NCBI GenBank assembly: GCA_973895155.1
Contig: OZ316893.1
Location: 26,710,798 to 26,774,797 of the forward strand
Direction of reading: 5' to 3'
DNA length: 64,000 nucleotides
From: Marsupella aquatica
Taxonomy: Eukaryota > Plantae > Marchantiophyta
Below are positions 24,271 to 38,400 of this stretch, in pieces; position 1 is the stretch's first letter; every line of letters starts with the position of its first letter. The position numbers and the translations under genes were made by a program. Under the pieces are notes generated by a model. The model did no database searches, was not told the DNA's origin, and saw only the letters and a list, made by a program, of their open reading frames with translations.

Positions 24271-27200
24271 TAAAGGTAAACAGTGCACACAAATATGGAG
24301 GAATTCAGGGAGAATGTGGATGACAGGCTGAAGACCTCAATATGTTGTGGTTGAATACATGGTGCCATTCTCCCTGAATTTTGAATGTGTATAATCCCAT
24401 TCAAAATAGTCATTGATGCCAATGTTATAGGGTCAGGAGAAGTATACACATTAGAATACAATGACAGGCACAGGACGGGAGATGGTGATGGTGACGGGTG
24501 GGACGGGGTGAGGAGCGATGGTCAATGGGGGTTGTTCACGGGGGTTTGGCCTTGGGGCAATTGCGAGGGACAGGGGATCGTGGCCCAGGCGTTTAGGGTC
24601 ATCCCCCATCTCGGGCATGTTGGGCAGGAGACATGTCCAGCCTGAACTGCCCGAAAAAGCCACAAACTGCCCGAGGGACTTGCCTGCCCTATTAGTATGA
24701 ATTGCAGCATTAAGTGGCCTCAATTTTGCGTCTCGTGCTTAATTGCTTGCTGACCCTTGCTCCACTGATTTCAGTAGCAAATTAACCCATACTCAGCTAA
24801 TCTTACAAAAGGACCATGCTTGACTAAATTTAGTAGTGGACCAATCATGCTCCACAAGTTTGAGCCACAGACTCACAACAATAGACCCCTCAACCACAAA
24901 TACTCTGGTAATTTAGCAAGCACACAGTTGGCTTGTTGGGCCCATCCTATATTAATTTTAGAATAAAGTCCATGCTTGGCTAGCTTAGAGTAGAACCCAT
25001 GCTGGCAAATGTGAGATGCAGTAGGCACAGATGATGATCTTGTAATTCTAAAACTAAACCAGATGCAGAAGTTTACCAAGAAAAATCACTCGTACATTCT
25101 TCTCCAAAGTGAAGCGTCCTTCCCAAAGTAACCTCTCAGTAAATGTTGGGTCTGAAGTGAGGCTGTATGTGTCAGTGTCCATAAGGTTGGGCAAACAAAC
25201 CCTAACCCAGGCTTAATTTTTGTTCCCACAAAGATCCCAAAATATCTTATTAGCTGAAATTTTTCTAAAAACTATTTATTTCTGGGTTACATGGATGGCA
25301 CCACAGCATGGCATGGATGACACTACTATATGAGCATTCCATAGTCAAAACTAGATGCACAAGTCTGCCAAGTGTAAAAAAATTACAATTGATCAGGCTG
25401 GAAAAACTGGGGGGGTGGGGGGGGGGTGTGGATAAAGTAGCATTTATCCAAAAGAAGCTACAGTAGTCAGCTTGAATTTAGTGTATAAATTGAGGCAACA
25501 TGGTATGCATTCCATGTGGACAGGCAAAAGCAACCCCTCAGCCCGGTCCAAATCTTTCAATAATAATTATTAGTCTCATGACCCCTCCCTTGAACATAAA
25601 TAGGATTAGAAATTCTATTATTTGCACAATAAAATTTATATGCTATTTTGGTTAGTCTTTGCAGCATCCTTGTTTTTAGTCCATCTTCATTAAAATTTTG
25701 TCATTATGTAGAGTCAACATCACTTTTGTCCATACTCATTTAAAATTTTGATATTAGGAGTTACACTCTAGAGACTTTACTCTAGACTTAGACCCTTAAA
25801 AATAAGGCTTAGGGTAAGACTTAGGCCCTTAAGAGTAGTCTTAGGTAAGTTGGCGCTTATATATATATATATATATGTATTTGCTAAACAAACCGCTTAG
25901 TTCCATCCAAATTTCTGAGTAATTAATTTTATAATAATCGTTCATTTCCTGGGCTAACTGGTTGGCGCCACGGTATGGCGTGGATAACACTACGGTATGG
26001 CATTCCATACTCAGGCGCTCACCCGGCACAAATCAAAAAGGAAATCTAAATGCTTCACTTGTTGTTTTTTCTCCAAATAATTTTTCTAATTAACAGAAAT
26101 TTAAAAATCCCAAGATACAAACTCCGTTAGCCCGCCAGGAAAGCCGAAGAATTTTTTGAATGTTGAGCCGCAAATCAAGGCAACAATGTGCGCCGCAAAC
26201 ATAATATCAAGTTTGAACTTTGAAACGGAATCCGTACTTTTTGACCAACGAGACTGACAAAACAAGTTACCCACTTGTTTTAGATGAGCTACAGTCCGCG
26301 GTCGATCTGGAGCATCGACGACCGAGATGTATCTGGAAAAAGGGAATTTAGCAACTGATCGCAATATGATTTATCATTTTAGTGCCGTTCTCTCATGACC
26401 GGACCGGACCGGTGTGCCCGCATTATTTTCTGCCCTGCCTCGGGCAGTCGGATCGTTCTCTTTGACAGTGGGACTCCGGACTCTGGAAGGATCTCGTACC
26501 ACGAGCGCCGTCGACGGCCGCTTATGCCGTTCACCAACGGTGCCACTGACCGATCGTCCGCAGCTCATGGTTTGGGATAACACTCACTCGGGCACCCATT
26601 GTGAGTACCGATCAGTCATGCCCGGGATGTTAAAATGCCTCAAATTCACCCTAAACACACTAGCATTCAATGTGTCGTTAGACCAGTCACTCATTTTTCC
26701 CTACTCTCCCTCAGATAATTGTCTATTAGTACCCTGTTGTAGTGCTCCTAACTGCCTTGCAGACCTCCCATGAGGTGCCAGTGCTTTCAGTTTATGAGAC
26801 TCCCTCATAGGGAGTTCCATATATAAAAGAAACTGGCACCTAGGGGGAGGCCTGCTAGGCATTGGGAGCACAACAACAAGGTACAACCTGTCAATTATTT
26901 TGTTGGGAAGTGAAAAATGAGTGGGGTTGTGGCACACTGTATGCTATTGTGTTTCCTGCAAAATTAGGGCCTCCTATGGTCCCGGAAGTGACTAGTTGGG
27001 CCTCACAATCGGTGCCGGACCAGTCATGACTGTTGTCCAAGAAGCAGTCAAAGCAGAATAATGTGAATCTAAAACCTTGAGGTCTGCAAAAACAAAACCT
27101 GGTTTGGGTCTGCGGTCACTAGCGTGCGGATAGGTTTACTCGTGCCTGCCACTTTAGTTCCAGGAAAATGCCCTTGTCAATGACCGGACGCAAAACTGAG

Positions 27201-30200
27201 AGTATTGAGACTCCCTACAAAGAACAAAATTACACAGAGGAAAATGTTAGAGATGGGGAGAATGTAAAGCCTACATGGACCTGCATGTTTGTTGTGAAGC
27301 TCTAATGACTTTTCCAAACCTTGGATGGACTGGTATAGAACATCTAGATATACTTCAATAACACCTTGTATGGTTTAAATTTGATTGAAATCTGACCTAT
27401 AAATGGGATCTGATTGTTTGCAACAGGTTTTTTTTAGTTTCACCCAATGGTAACATCGCTCCTCATGCCCGAACTACTTGGGGTGTCTTTCAGCATCTTC
27501 CCAAATGTGATAATTTGTAGCTAAACCCTAACTACTCAGTGTCCTTCACAAATGTGTAAATGCCATTAGCAGTTAGTTATAAATTGAACATTTTTTAGCT
27601 CATCCAAAACAGAGCAATTGATCTCACTAAAATCTCAAACTTTTTGAGTTATAAATTGCACATGAGTGAATATGCATGGAAAATTTGAGATTACACAATA
27701 AATGCACAAATTTTCCAAAACTAACTACGCCTCAAATAGGTTTTATTTAGTTTCACCTGATGGTAACTACTTGAGGCATCCTTAGCAAAAGTGAAGAGTC
27801 TTTCCAAAAGCAATCAGTCACTTTTTCCTAGTGGAAATTAACTTATGACTTTATATACTCCATGGGGATGGGACGAACAAACCGATCAATCCATACGCGC
27901 TTAATATTCAAATGTAGAGTTTGACTCCTCGGGCAACAGCACTTTCCACATGCTGGCCTAAGCCTGGTGATCTTGTCGGTCTGATGGTGGCTTGCCCATG
28001 GAACCATGTTTAAGGGTAGCCTAGATTTCAGGTATTCCTTCATATTATTTGAGGTTGGAACGAGTGAAGTCAACTTCTGGGTTGGACCAAACATTCTTTG
28101 GATGCTGTCATTAAGGAAAATGATGCGCTGATGTGATAGGAGGTGAGAATCCGAGCGGACTTGACAGCAAGCTCAGGCATTCACTATCCTTCATTAGGCC
28201 AAAGTGGCTGGTTTCCGGCTGGTTTTAGGCAATCTAGTCAACTCCCCCTTTGCGGCCCTCCTATGCACTTTACCACAGAGCACTTCCAGGCCTTTTCAGT
28301 TTGTGGCTCAATAGGGGTTTAGTTCTTTTGCTATTTGGACTGTAGGGCCTTGTGGCTCTTTGGCTCTTTGGTTCTTTGATTTTCCCCATTTTTTCTCTCT
28401 TTCATTGGGTTTTGGCCTTTTGGGACCTTGTCTCCTGGTAAGGCATCTTTTGATCCCTTGCAGTTATATATAGCGAACCATGGGACACCCATGTTTTGTA
28501 TTTGAGAGTAGCTCATGCCTTCCTTCATATTATTTGCCCTCAAACACAATGCCATGGTGGGTATTCAAATAGTGGCCCATGGAGTGCTTTATTCAAATAG
28601 TGCATTGGACATTGTATTCAAATATTTACCATGTATGCTTTTGTTTTTTTTGTGCTTGCAACATTGGGTTAAAAAATTGACATTGTGTTTGGGTATTGGT
28701 GTTATAGCTAGGCATTATGTTCAAGAAATGACCAATGAGCACCATTTTATATGAATTAAGGCTGGTAGCATGACTTAGAGGCATGGACTGATGTGTCTTA
28801 GTAGTTGAGCTCAAGCTTCTCTGCTGGGTTTGTCAGAAGGGCTTGTGATACCTGTGACTAATATGTTGAAGTTCTTCACATTGCTATAAAGTGACATTTG
28901 AATTGAATATGTCTTGGCCCTCTTCCTTCTTCTAACAAAGTTTGCTCCCAATGCTCCAGACGTTGCTATGAGCACTGTTGCGGAAGATGTGGGGTTGTAG
29001 ACAACATTTCTGTTTGATTTGCTCCACCTCCAATTACAGCAAAATCTAGGTTGGAAAACAGTTTCTGATTTGATTGCAATGAAGCAACGCAAATGCGGAC
29101 CCTCATTCGATCAGAGAACCATTCTAGTCCACCCCTTTTTATTTGCTTGCAACAACAAGGCTTAAATTTTGGAGTTATGATATGATTCATGAATGTTGTA
29201 CCTTTTGTGCTCAATGTAGAACCCTAAACAGCTTAGAGTCAAAGCCCAAACAGAAAGTCAAACTTGAACATTGTGACCGGGTGTTATGTTACACAACCTC
29301 GTGCTGAGTTCAATTGTAGTTTTAGGCAAAGACTAGCATTTTTCCATGTTCAAATACAATGCCAGGCCACTGTGGTGGGGGGGGGGGAATACATAATGCT
29401 TTGGTGTTAACTGTTGCTTGGTCTATCTTTGTTCACATGTCCAACATGGTGGTCTGCTTGGGCATCATATCATAGATACATGAGAGATATGTGAATGAAA
29501 TTTGCAAACATACTCATTTTATTAGCTAATGCGTTCTTCCTATCATTGAGGCAATTACAATGATATATTTATCTATGATAACCTACTGGCTACTTTTCAT
29601 TGTTGGAGTATAGTACCTTTTGTTGGTAATAATCATTTTTTCTCCAAGACAATATCTACTTTTTAAGCACAATGACAGTATCACTTATTTTTGGACCTTT
29701 TGTTGGTAGAGGTAACTAATGTTCTCTCCAAAACAGTATCTATGAAAAAAATTGAGCTTCAATGCAAAACAAGAATATGTTTTTTTTAGAATGTTTCAAT
29801 CTAGTAGCCTATGACACTTCACATCTCGATAAAACTATCGATAATAATCTGCTTGCCTCTTACATTATTATCCTGTAAAACTTTTTGGATCACAACCAAA
29901 GAATTATTGAGGCAATCCAGAAAATGAACCTATTAGCCGGGAGCCCAGTTCCCACTTGAAACAGAAGCCTGCCATGAAACTTCGTGGGTGGTCTAAATAC
30001 TAATAAAAAAAGCCCACTAGTGTAGGGTTGCTAGACATCTTATTTGAATGGGCCCCTGAATTTTGCAAAGCCAATTGCAACCATTTCCTTTGATTACACG
30101 ATCCAGATTGAATATCAAAAGGAATAAAAAGAAGTAACAGGCCCTCAAGAAGTAACTCAACCCTTGTCAAGCTTTGACCACACAACTGCCCATAGCAAAG

Positions 30201-33200
30201 GGCCCCTTCCCTGTGCGCCTTTTCATTCTCTGCCCAAGTGAACAAGTCTCCTGGGTGACACTAATGTCCGTGGCTGCAAAGGTCAATAGAATTGGATTCC
30301 ATTGAGACCCAAGGTGATTACAAGAATATTTTTTGGGGTGAAAATGCTGATTCCAGAGAGACGCAACATGATTGACAGAGCAAAGTATGTATAAAAAATA
30401 CTGCAATAAACAGAAGTCACCTTACCGGGCGACAGGATCCAAAGGTGAGAAACCCAGCAAAGTGGAGTCAATAGTGATGGGATGGCAAAATTGGGTCCTA
30501 TATCCTTGGGTATGGTCTTTGGGAATATTCAGGAGTATACAAGGGAAAGTACAGGGGGGAAGCTACAGAATATAGCCATGGGGATTTAGTGCGAACTAAG
30601 AAGTCTTATTCTGACCAAAACACTCTTTGGTCATGGACCTGGTTACAAGACTTTTTTTTGGGGAAGAGATTTTGCTAGAGGCTTTGGCCCATAAAATAAT
30701 TAACTATTTGTGACCACACATTGCTACTTTGTTTTTTCTTGGGCGATGGTGGCATAACCACCAATCTATACTATAAACTAAGTGCAAAACCCGTTACTAT
30801 ATAGCATGGGTGTAACTAGGGCTGTAAGGTTTTGGGGCACAACCACGAGCTCAAATATCAGACCTGAGTGAACCAAAAGATGTCAAGACATAACCTTGCT
30901 CCATGGTGTTGCAATGAGAGTCAATTTTATTGGCAGGTGCTCTCTCTATTGTGGCCATGCACAATATTTCCTTCAAATACCACCTCAATTTATTTATAAT
31001 GTCTCCAAAGCAATTTATATTTTGTTTGTGAATAAAAACTCAAAGTATACACACCTGGCCAACTCTGACTCAATCCCAGGCCAAGACCCTCCCCCAAGGT
31101 CCCAGAGTCTCCTTGGCTGATTGGTCTGCACTGATGCGACATTGTGCTGGTCATTTTTCTTTGAATGTCCCTCAGGTCTGTCTTTTCCATGTTCTGTTGG
31201 TCTTTCCTGCAGCTACCTTTGACCTCACCTTTGACTACATTTGGGAGACCATCAACTTCAAAATGTAAACGACCCAGCAATTCTCAAGTGGGAATATCCC
31301 CAAATAGGAGAAGCATTTGGGTAGTAGTACCCTAGTAAATTAGAGAACTATTGGAGCACATCCAGTCCAGATGTGGTTACTGTACTTGTCATAAACCTAA
31401 ATAAGTCCTACTTCAATTTTGATTCCCCCTACTGTTGTAGATTTCTCTGCTCCCCAGCAGCGTGACGGCAAAAGCAAACCAAGAGCAGACGCAACCCCCT
31501 CGTAACACAATCCAACCTTACTCCTCAGGCAGGAGAATCCTTTGGGCAGTCGAGGAGAACCTAATAAGTACTTCTGGACCATCTCCCCATGAGATAGGCT
31601 GTTCAGGTCGACAATTCTTGGGAAACTCATTATTACAACCTCTTGGGTCCCATTCTCAGATGCTGCCTGCCTGCCCTGTCCATTTAGTTCCTAAGAAAGT
31701 GGTCACCCTCCAACTTTTGTAAGTGACAAATCTTTTGTGTGCAATGAGCTTTGGTGAACCTCACTTTGGGATGGGGTTTGTGCAAAAGTTGAGAAACTTA
31801 TGGTGTTTGAATTCATAACCTCACTTGCTGCAATGAATATTGCTATTGGTGGCACTTGTTGGATGACTAATATCAAGCAAATTCTGCACTTATGTCGATC
31901 CGCCTACTTTAGGTAACATTCATGAATGTGAAGTCATACACGGTCATGTCTGCACCTACTGTGCACACATGAGAACATTGTCCACATAAGACAATATTGA
32001 GGTGAGTAAAACTTTCCTAACCTCAGACGGCTGCAGGCTACCTAAGCCTGTTCCTATTGGAATGTTACATTGACTGGCAGTAGTGGCACACTTGGTCGTT
32101 CAAATTGATGCAACTTGGGTTGGGAGGTGATATATGTTGGAAGACTTAGGTTGGGGGAACCTCAGCCAGGTGCACACAATTTGTTTTTAACACAACCCCC
32201 ACCCAAAGTTGGGCACACTAGAAGCAACTTTGCTCCCAACCTTGGATAAATTCAAGGGACACTGGGGGAGCCGGAGGAGTGAGTAGGGCAGGAAGGCACA
32301 ATGCTCATTATGAGCCTTGTTATTGGCTGTCATCCTGGATACGAAAATGAGGAACATTGAGCAGTGGGACCCAATTGACACAACAATAAATGAATTTTCC
32401 CATGATGGTCCGCTATGATGGGCAGGGAGCAACACTTTATAGTGATGAAAAATCACCAGAGGGAACCACTTTTTAGTGGTGCAAACTCACCACAATCTAC
32501 TGTAGCTCTCTAAAAGGTCTTGGCCACCTTTGGCAAGATTTTGTCAGGTTCTCTGTATTCCATGAGCCAGTTTTCCACCTAGCATAGACCCTTTTAGGAA
32601 GAATCTAGTGGCTATTCTTAAATCTAGGAAGATCTGACAGTCATATATTCATGTAAAAAAAATAGATAACAAAGATTTCTAGCATCTTCTCCTTACCATA
32701 AAGTGACATTCTGTCACATTGGGGTGGGGCCGTGGGGGAGTCTAATTGTATTTACTCCCCATTTCTGTTCAAGACAAAAAAAAGAAAAAGAAAAGAAATC
32801 TTTAAAAATCAGCCGGCAGGTACTGTAGGGGCTACTTCGGTCCAGATGGGGCAGGCGGCAGGAGACAGGTGCATGAGCTTGCGAACGACACAAAATAGGA
32901 TTTAAAAATTATTTTGTCGCCCATTCACCAAAATAAACGACCCCGATCCGCCCGTACGTACATCTAACGGTCACACTACACGCGTACAAGTCAAGTACAC
33001 ATATTTTTGGCTTGCTACAGGAAGCTTCTCTCCAGAGTAGTTTTTAATGATTTCACTTTTTGAGTAGGAGTGGCCAATGTACACTGTGTGTGAACTAGAA
33101 GATGCTCAAAAAATTTCATATTCAATTATTTTTCTGACTTTCAAATCTCCCTAGATTTAAAAATACCCGTTAGATTTTGGCTAATGGGATCTGCAATTAG

Positions 33201-33931
33201 GTAGAACACAGGCTAACGAGACAAAATAATAGCCAATTTTTTTGCCAAAAGTGGCGAAATTGTTTTGGGGAGGTGGAATTTGGCGAATTTTCGCAGCTCA
33301 AAAAACACTCCTCGCACAGCTTTTCTCCCCATAAATGCCACCTGCCCAAACCACAAAGGGGAGCAGTGGCAGAGCAGTACGCAAGAGAAGAGAAGAGAAG
33401 CGAAGGGACGAGAAGACGACTCGGACGGGGAGAAACGAACCCCCTCGGCTTCTCCCGTCTTTCTTCTTCTTTCGTGCAATGCAATAATCAAATCAATCAA
33501 TAATGAAATGAGTGACGAGCTTTTCTCCCCTTTTTCCTTCTGTCGCACCTCCACCACCATCACCACGACCTCGAGAGACTCGCAGCTCCACCACCATCGC
33601 CACAATCTACACGCAGAGCAGAGCAGAAAGCATACACTTAGAGGAAGCACTACTACTACTGCTCACTGCTGCTTCTGCTGCTGATGCTGATGCTACGGGA
33701 CTGCTTTTGCAGCTCTGTGTCTCTGTCTGCGCCTACCCCCATTGCTGCTGGCAAAGCTCGCTTTGGCTGTCGCTCCTCTGTCTCTCGGTTCCCGTGCTTC
33801 TGGCTGTCGTCGCTCTCGTCTTCGTGGTTCGGGCCTTCGGGGAGAGAGCCGAATGAGAAACAGGTTCGACGGAAATGCTGAAGGAAAAGCTTGGAAGTGG
33901 TGGTAACAACGATATCAACCTGGTAGAGGAG

Positions 33932-33962
33932 GAGTGAGTGAGTGAGTGAGTGAGTGAGTGAG
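33932..33962 (+). repeat. (GAGT)n microsatellite in the GC-rich upstream/leader region of the EDR2-like gene
   Basis: gagtgagtgagtgagtgagtgagtgagtgag is directly visible. Confidence 0.9.
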
Positions 33963-35488
33963 GGAGCGAGCGAGAGCTAGAAACGAATCGAATCAAATCG
34001 AATCGCAGCCAGCTTGGTCCAGCGAAGCGCGGACTCGCGTCTCAGCTTGCACTTGCAGGCATTGTGGCGGACTGTAGCGTTTGACGTGAGCGTGCGAGGC
34101 AGGCTGCGTCCAGAAGGAGGTTGATTGATTCCGGGAAGGCCGTGTTGTAAAGTGGATGGTGAGAAGTGAGAAAGGGTCGATAGATTGACCGGGAGAGGAA
34201 GGCAGCGAGAGGAGGAGGAGTTGATTCGGTCCTTCGATCGTTCAACGCTCGAAACGGGAGTTAGTAAGGGGGAATTCGTCGTCGAGACAGGATTTATTAT
34301 TTGTTATCGAGGTCGGCGGCAAACATAGCAGCAATAGGACAGGACACTAAAGGTCAGAAACCAAAAAAGCAGGAGGACGGGACGGGGCAGGGTGGACAGG
34401 AGAAAGAGGTAGAACGGTACACCAATCGATTGCTTGCTCGCCTTCTCGTTTTCTCTCTCTCTCTCGGGTCACTGGATGCGGTGCGGGTGTGTTGTGGAGG
34501 GAGGGCTGCACTCGACTGCACTTACCGTCTGTGGTTGGAGGACGAAAGAGAAAGAGGAGGAGTTTGGATCTATAATCTTGGGCGCGAGTCCACTCTCCTT
34601 GTTTCGTTTCCCTCACAGTCGCCAACTCGAGTTCGTGCATCCGAGCGGCAACCGTGGAATTCGAGATTTTAGAGAGGGAGAGAGATCATTTCCTTAGCTT
34701 GTCGGTAGCTTCTGGAGCCTCGGATGCGCCCAATCGCATTCATTTTGGATTACTTTCTCCTGTAAGATGTGCCTCTGATTCCGTAGTCGAGGTGTATAAT
34801 CTCCTAGATCAGAGACAGCGCGTTCAGTCAACGGTTAGAGGGCTCCCCCGCCGTTACAATCCGCAATTGGTCGGTTCTTTCCGGAGGTTCTAAATGTGTT
34901 GCTGATGAAGAAGGAGCCGGTCCTGTTTCGGTCAATTGAGATCCTGTTGACGAAGAGCTGACATCGAGGCTTCGTGAGTTTTGAATCGACTGTGGCATCT
35001 TTAATCTGTACGGGAGGAAGTGCGAGGGGCGCAGGGGTGGTTCAGGGACATACTCCTAGGGACTTGATGTATGCATTCGGTAATCGGTATTGGTGAATGC
35101 GACCGTGAGGAAAAGGAACACAACAATTTGGGTTCCGAACGGATATAATATCACGGTTTGGCCAAACTGACGGACGCTCTCCGTCTCACTTAGTTCAGTG
35201 ACTGACCTGTTTCTCAATAATTTCAAGATTCCTTGGTGACGAGTGCCTCTCTGCCAGGGTATTTTTGCCGTCCTCAATTTACCGCGAGAGAACAGGAGTT
35301 GCTTCGCTTAGGTCAGGTCAGTCACCATGATCAGTCTCAGCAAGTGTTGCAGCTTCAAGCAATTGGAGGACAACGACAACAACAGCACCAGCAACAGCAA
35401 CATCAGCAACACCAGCGATGTCTGTTCGGAGCATTTTTCGTTACTCTCGTCCCCTCTATGAAGGTTAAAGTCAGAGAGGACCAATACA

Positions 35489-38400
35489 ATGACGAAACCG
35501 AAGATTGAGGGGTTGATGTACAGGTATGGGCGGCGAAGAATTGGCCGCTCTTATTTTCACAAGCGGTACTTCGTATTGGAATCCCAACAGCTCGCTTACT
35601 ACAAGCGTAAGCCGTCTGAGGGCGCTCGACCACAGGTAATTTACTGCCTAGGCTGCTCTTTGGATTTGTTCTGAAGTGTCCCCCTGGTCTACACAGACAT
35701 TTCAAATTTGCGCTGCCAAATCCATATTCGTGCACCTTCTAGCTGGAAATTGGCCACTTGAAATTCAAGCTTCTGCAAAGCAAAGCAGTCCTTTTCGAAT
35801 CTGACCTCTCTCGCGGATGTGAAGCTGATGTTTACATTTTTTAAATGTTTTTTCCCGAAGGAAAATCAAGTGGATGATTAGACCAGCTTATGAAGATTTA
35901 TTCTTCCATCCCTATCTTCAGAGTGACTCGATTGCCGGAAAGTTCCGATCTCATCCCCCGGTTACACAGGAGAATGGGAATAGCCCGAAAAAAAGTTCGG
36001 AAAGACCTGAAATCTCTAAGATCAAAGATCTGTAGCGCCTTGTTTGCAACCTTTACCTCCGTTCAGATCTTCTGTATGGAAGAGCTTATCATTGTGGGAG
36101 TCCTCACAGCAGCTGATGCAAATGGCAACCAGTAGGATAGAAATTTGCTCTTTTTATTCACTAAGCAAGGAGCCTTGTATTTTCAACTCTATATGCAGGT
36201 TGCTCTCAAGACTCTCATCATCGATGGCAACTGCAGAGTTGAAGATCGAGGACTTGAAACTCACCATGGTCATGTAGGTTTGCCGTCTAATCCAGTGCGT
36301 GAATGTGAATATGTGCTTGTAAAAAGGAGAGCAGCACAAATGGGCGAGGAACGGAAATATTGTTGCTCACCAGGTCACCTTGGTCAGCTCGTGGCAAACT
36401 TTAGTTTAACATGCACTCCGAGTGTCGTCTGTCTAGATTAGAACCAAAATGTTTAAAATTCCTCTCATGAGTTGGGAGTAACTAAAACTTGCAGAAGAAA
36501 ATGACTGGGTAAACTTGATTACTGGTAGTTTCTGCCGAGGTGTGTAATTTTGTAAAAGACGTTCAGTAAAGGTAACTGTGAATTAACTTTTTTTGCGCCC
36601 GAACGAGTTTAGTGAACCATCAACGCTAATTGACTTTGACTCGATCTTGTATTCTATGGGGACACTTGGCTTTGCTACTTTCATTGTCTTGTTAGGGGTT
36701 ATAATTTATAGTTAAATGGACTCACGTTGTTTCTTGTTGACAGTTTGTGTATGTCCTTTCCGTGTTCAATAAGAAGAATCGTGAACAACGAGTCACGGTG
36801 AGTAATTCTCTGGTTGTCTTGTGGATGAATCACTTCAGTGCATTGTGTGCTTCTGTTTATACCGAGCTTAGTACCCTTTGGCACAATTTCACAATTGTTA
36901 TTGTCCTTACGAAGCAGATCTCAGTAATGAATTTAATGAACTAAATTTAACTTTACCTTCAAAGCAGATGGCAGCAATGACAAACCAGGATGCCTCGGCA
37001 TGGAAGGAGGCTCTCGAGGCTGTTATCGAAGAGGTAAAAACTGTAGCTAAGTCACGCGGCGCTAATAGCCGTTCTGGCTGTCTCTCAGTTCTGTGGAGTT
37101 GTTAAATAGCGACAGGCCAACAGTAGAATTGGTGGATAGGGTATGGTGTTTACCATTTGAAAATGAAGCGACTCAGGGTTCTGTGACTTCTTCTGTTCTG
37201 TTCTTGCCCCGAATCCGTGGCTGGTATCGTAATGCGGCTTGATTGCGCAGTTCAACAATGATGGTGATCCCAGGATGGATTCTCAACCGAAAGTTACTGT
37301 AGAGATCGAGAGAACAACAACTTTTGAGAGAACAGCTTCATCATCTGATCGTGAAAGCCAGTAAGTTCGAGCTTTAGACCTTGGTGTTGTTTTAGACTGC
37401 TTTTCTTTCTTGTGTGGACATTCATGTGAAAGTACCTAAGAAGAGCCGCAGTTGCTCGCGAATTCTAGTAAGGATTGATTTTCCTCTGCTTGTTTGTGCA
37501 CCAGGGGTACTGCGCATGAAGATGATGACGAAAAGAACGACAAAAGTAAAGCTCTAAATAGGATTGAGACACACGGAAATGGTATGGATTTTCATTGCAA
37601 TGGGCTTTGACGAGGATGCTACACAAGAACAGTTGATTTGTCGTATTGTTTTGTGACCTGTTTTATCCCGTGCTTAAGTTGTGCTTACGGAACACTAAGA
37701 GAATAGCTTCTGAGTAATTAGCGATAGTGAACAGATGTCGCCACAATGCGGGGATGTTTGGGAGGCTCTGTGGCCCTCATTTGCAAAATACCTAGCCAGT
37801 GACACGGAACTTTCGCAGGGCTTCCGGAGAATGTCCGAGATTGGAGCACATCATCTGAGAATATCAAGTCTGAAAGAGCTCATGGAGCAAGGAAGCACTG
37901 GCGGCTGGTTAGATGCCAGAATGGTTAGTGTATGGACCTTGTATACAACCCTTGAATTAATATTGTTTGTACTGTGTATCAGATAGCCAGAAGTCCAGAT
38001 CTATTTCTAGGACAGATACAACAATGTCGTTAGAATTCTGTTCTTTTGCGTTGGCTATGTTCATGAACCAGGTCGTCTTCCTGCTAGAGTGTCTTCAGAT
38101 TTAGCCTAAGTAGACGCGGATCATCTAGCCACCAGTGATACTGTGCTCAGTCTTTTCCCTTTAAGTGTACTTGACTATGCAACTTGCATCCGATCTCTCA
38201 CGTAGATTTGACCTGGATTGACTCACCCTTGACGCGTTCAATACTGGGGATAGGATCTCTTCTCTCGTGACTTGCAAGCTCTTCTAATTGAGTTTGTCAA
38301 TAACTGTCTGTTCCTCTTGTACCCCATTGGCACCGGAAGTGTATTTGAATGTCCCCAGCACCTGAGTATCCAATATACCCTTAGCATATTGATTTCTCGA

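Noticed and set aside
27840-32500. Short ORFs as genes
   Set aside because: Stop-riddled with no identifiable motifs; probably old TE debris that I cannot classify.
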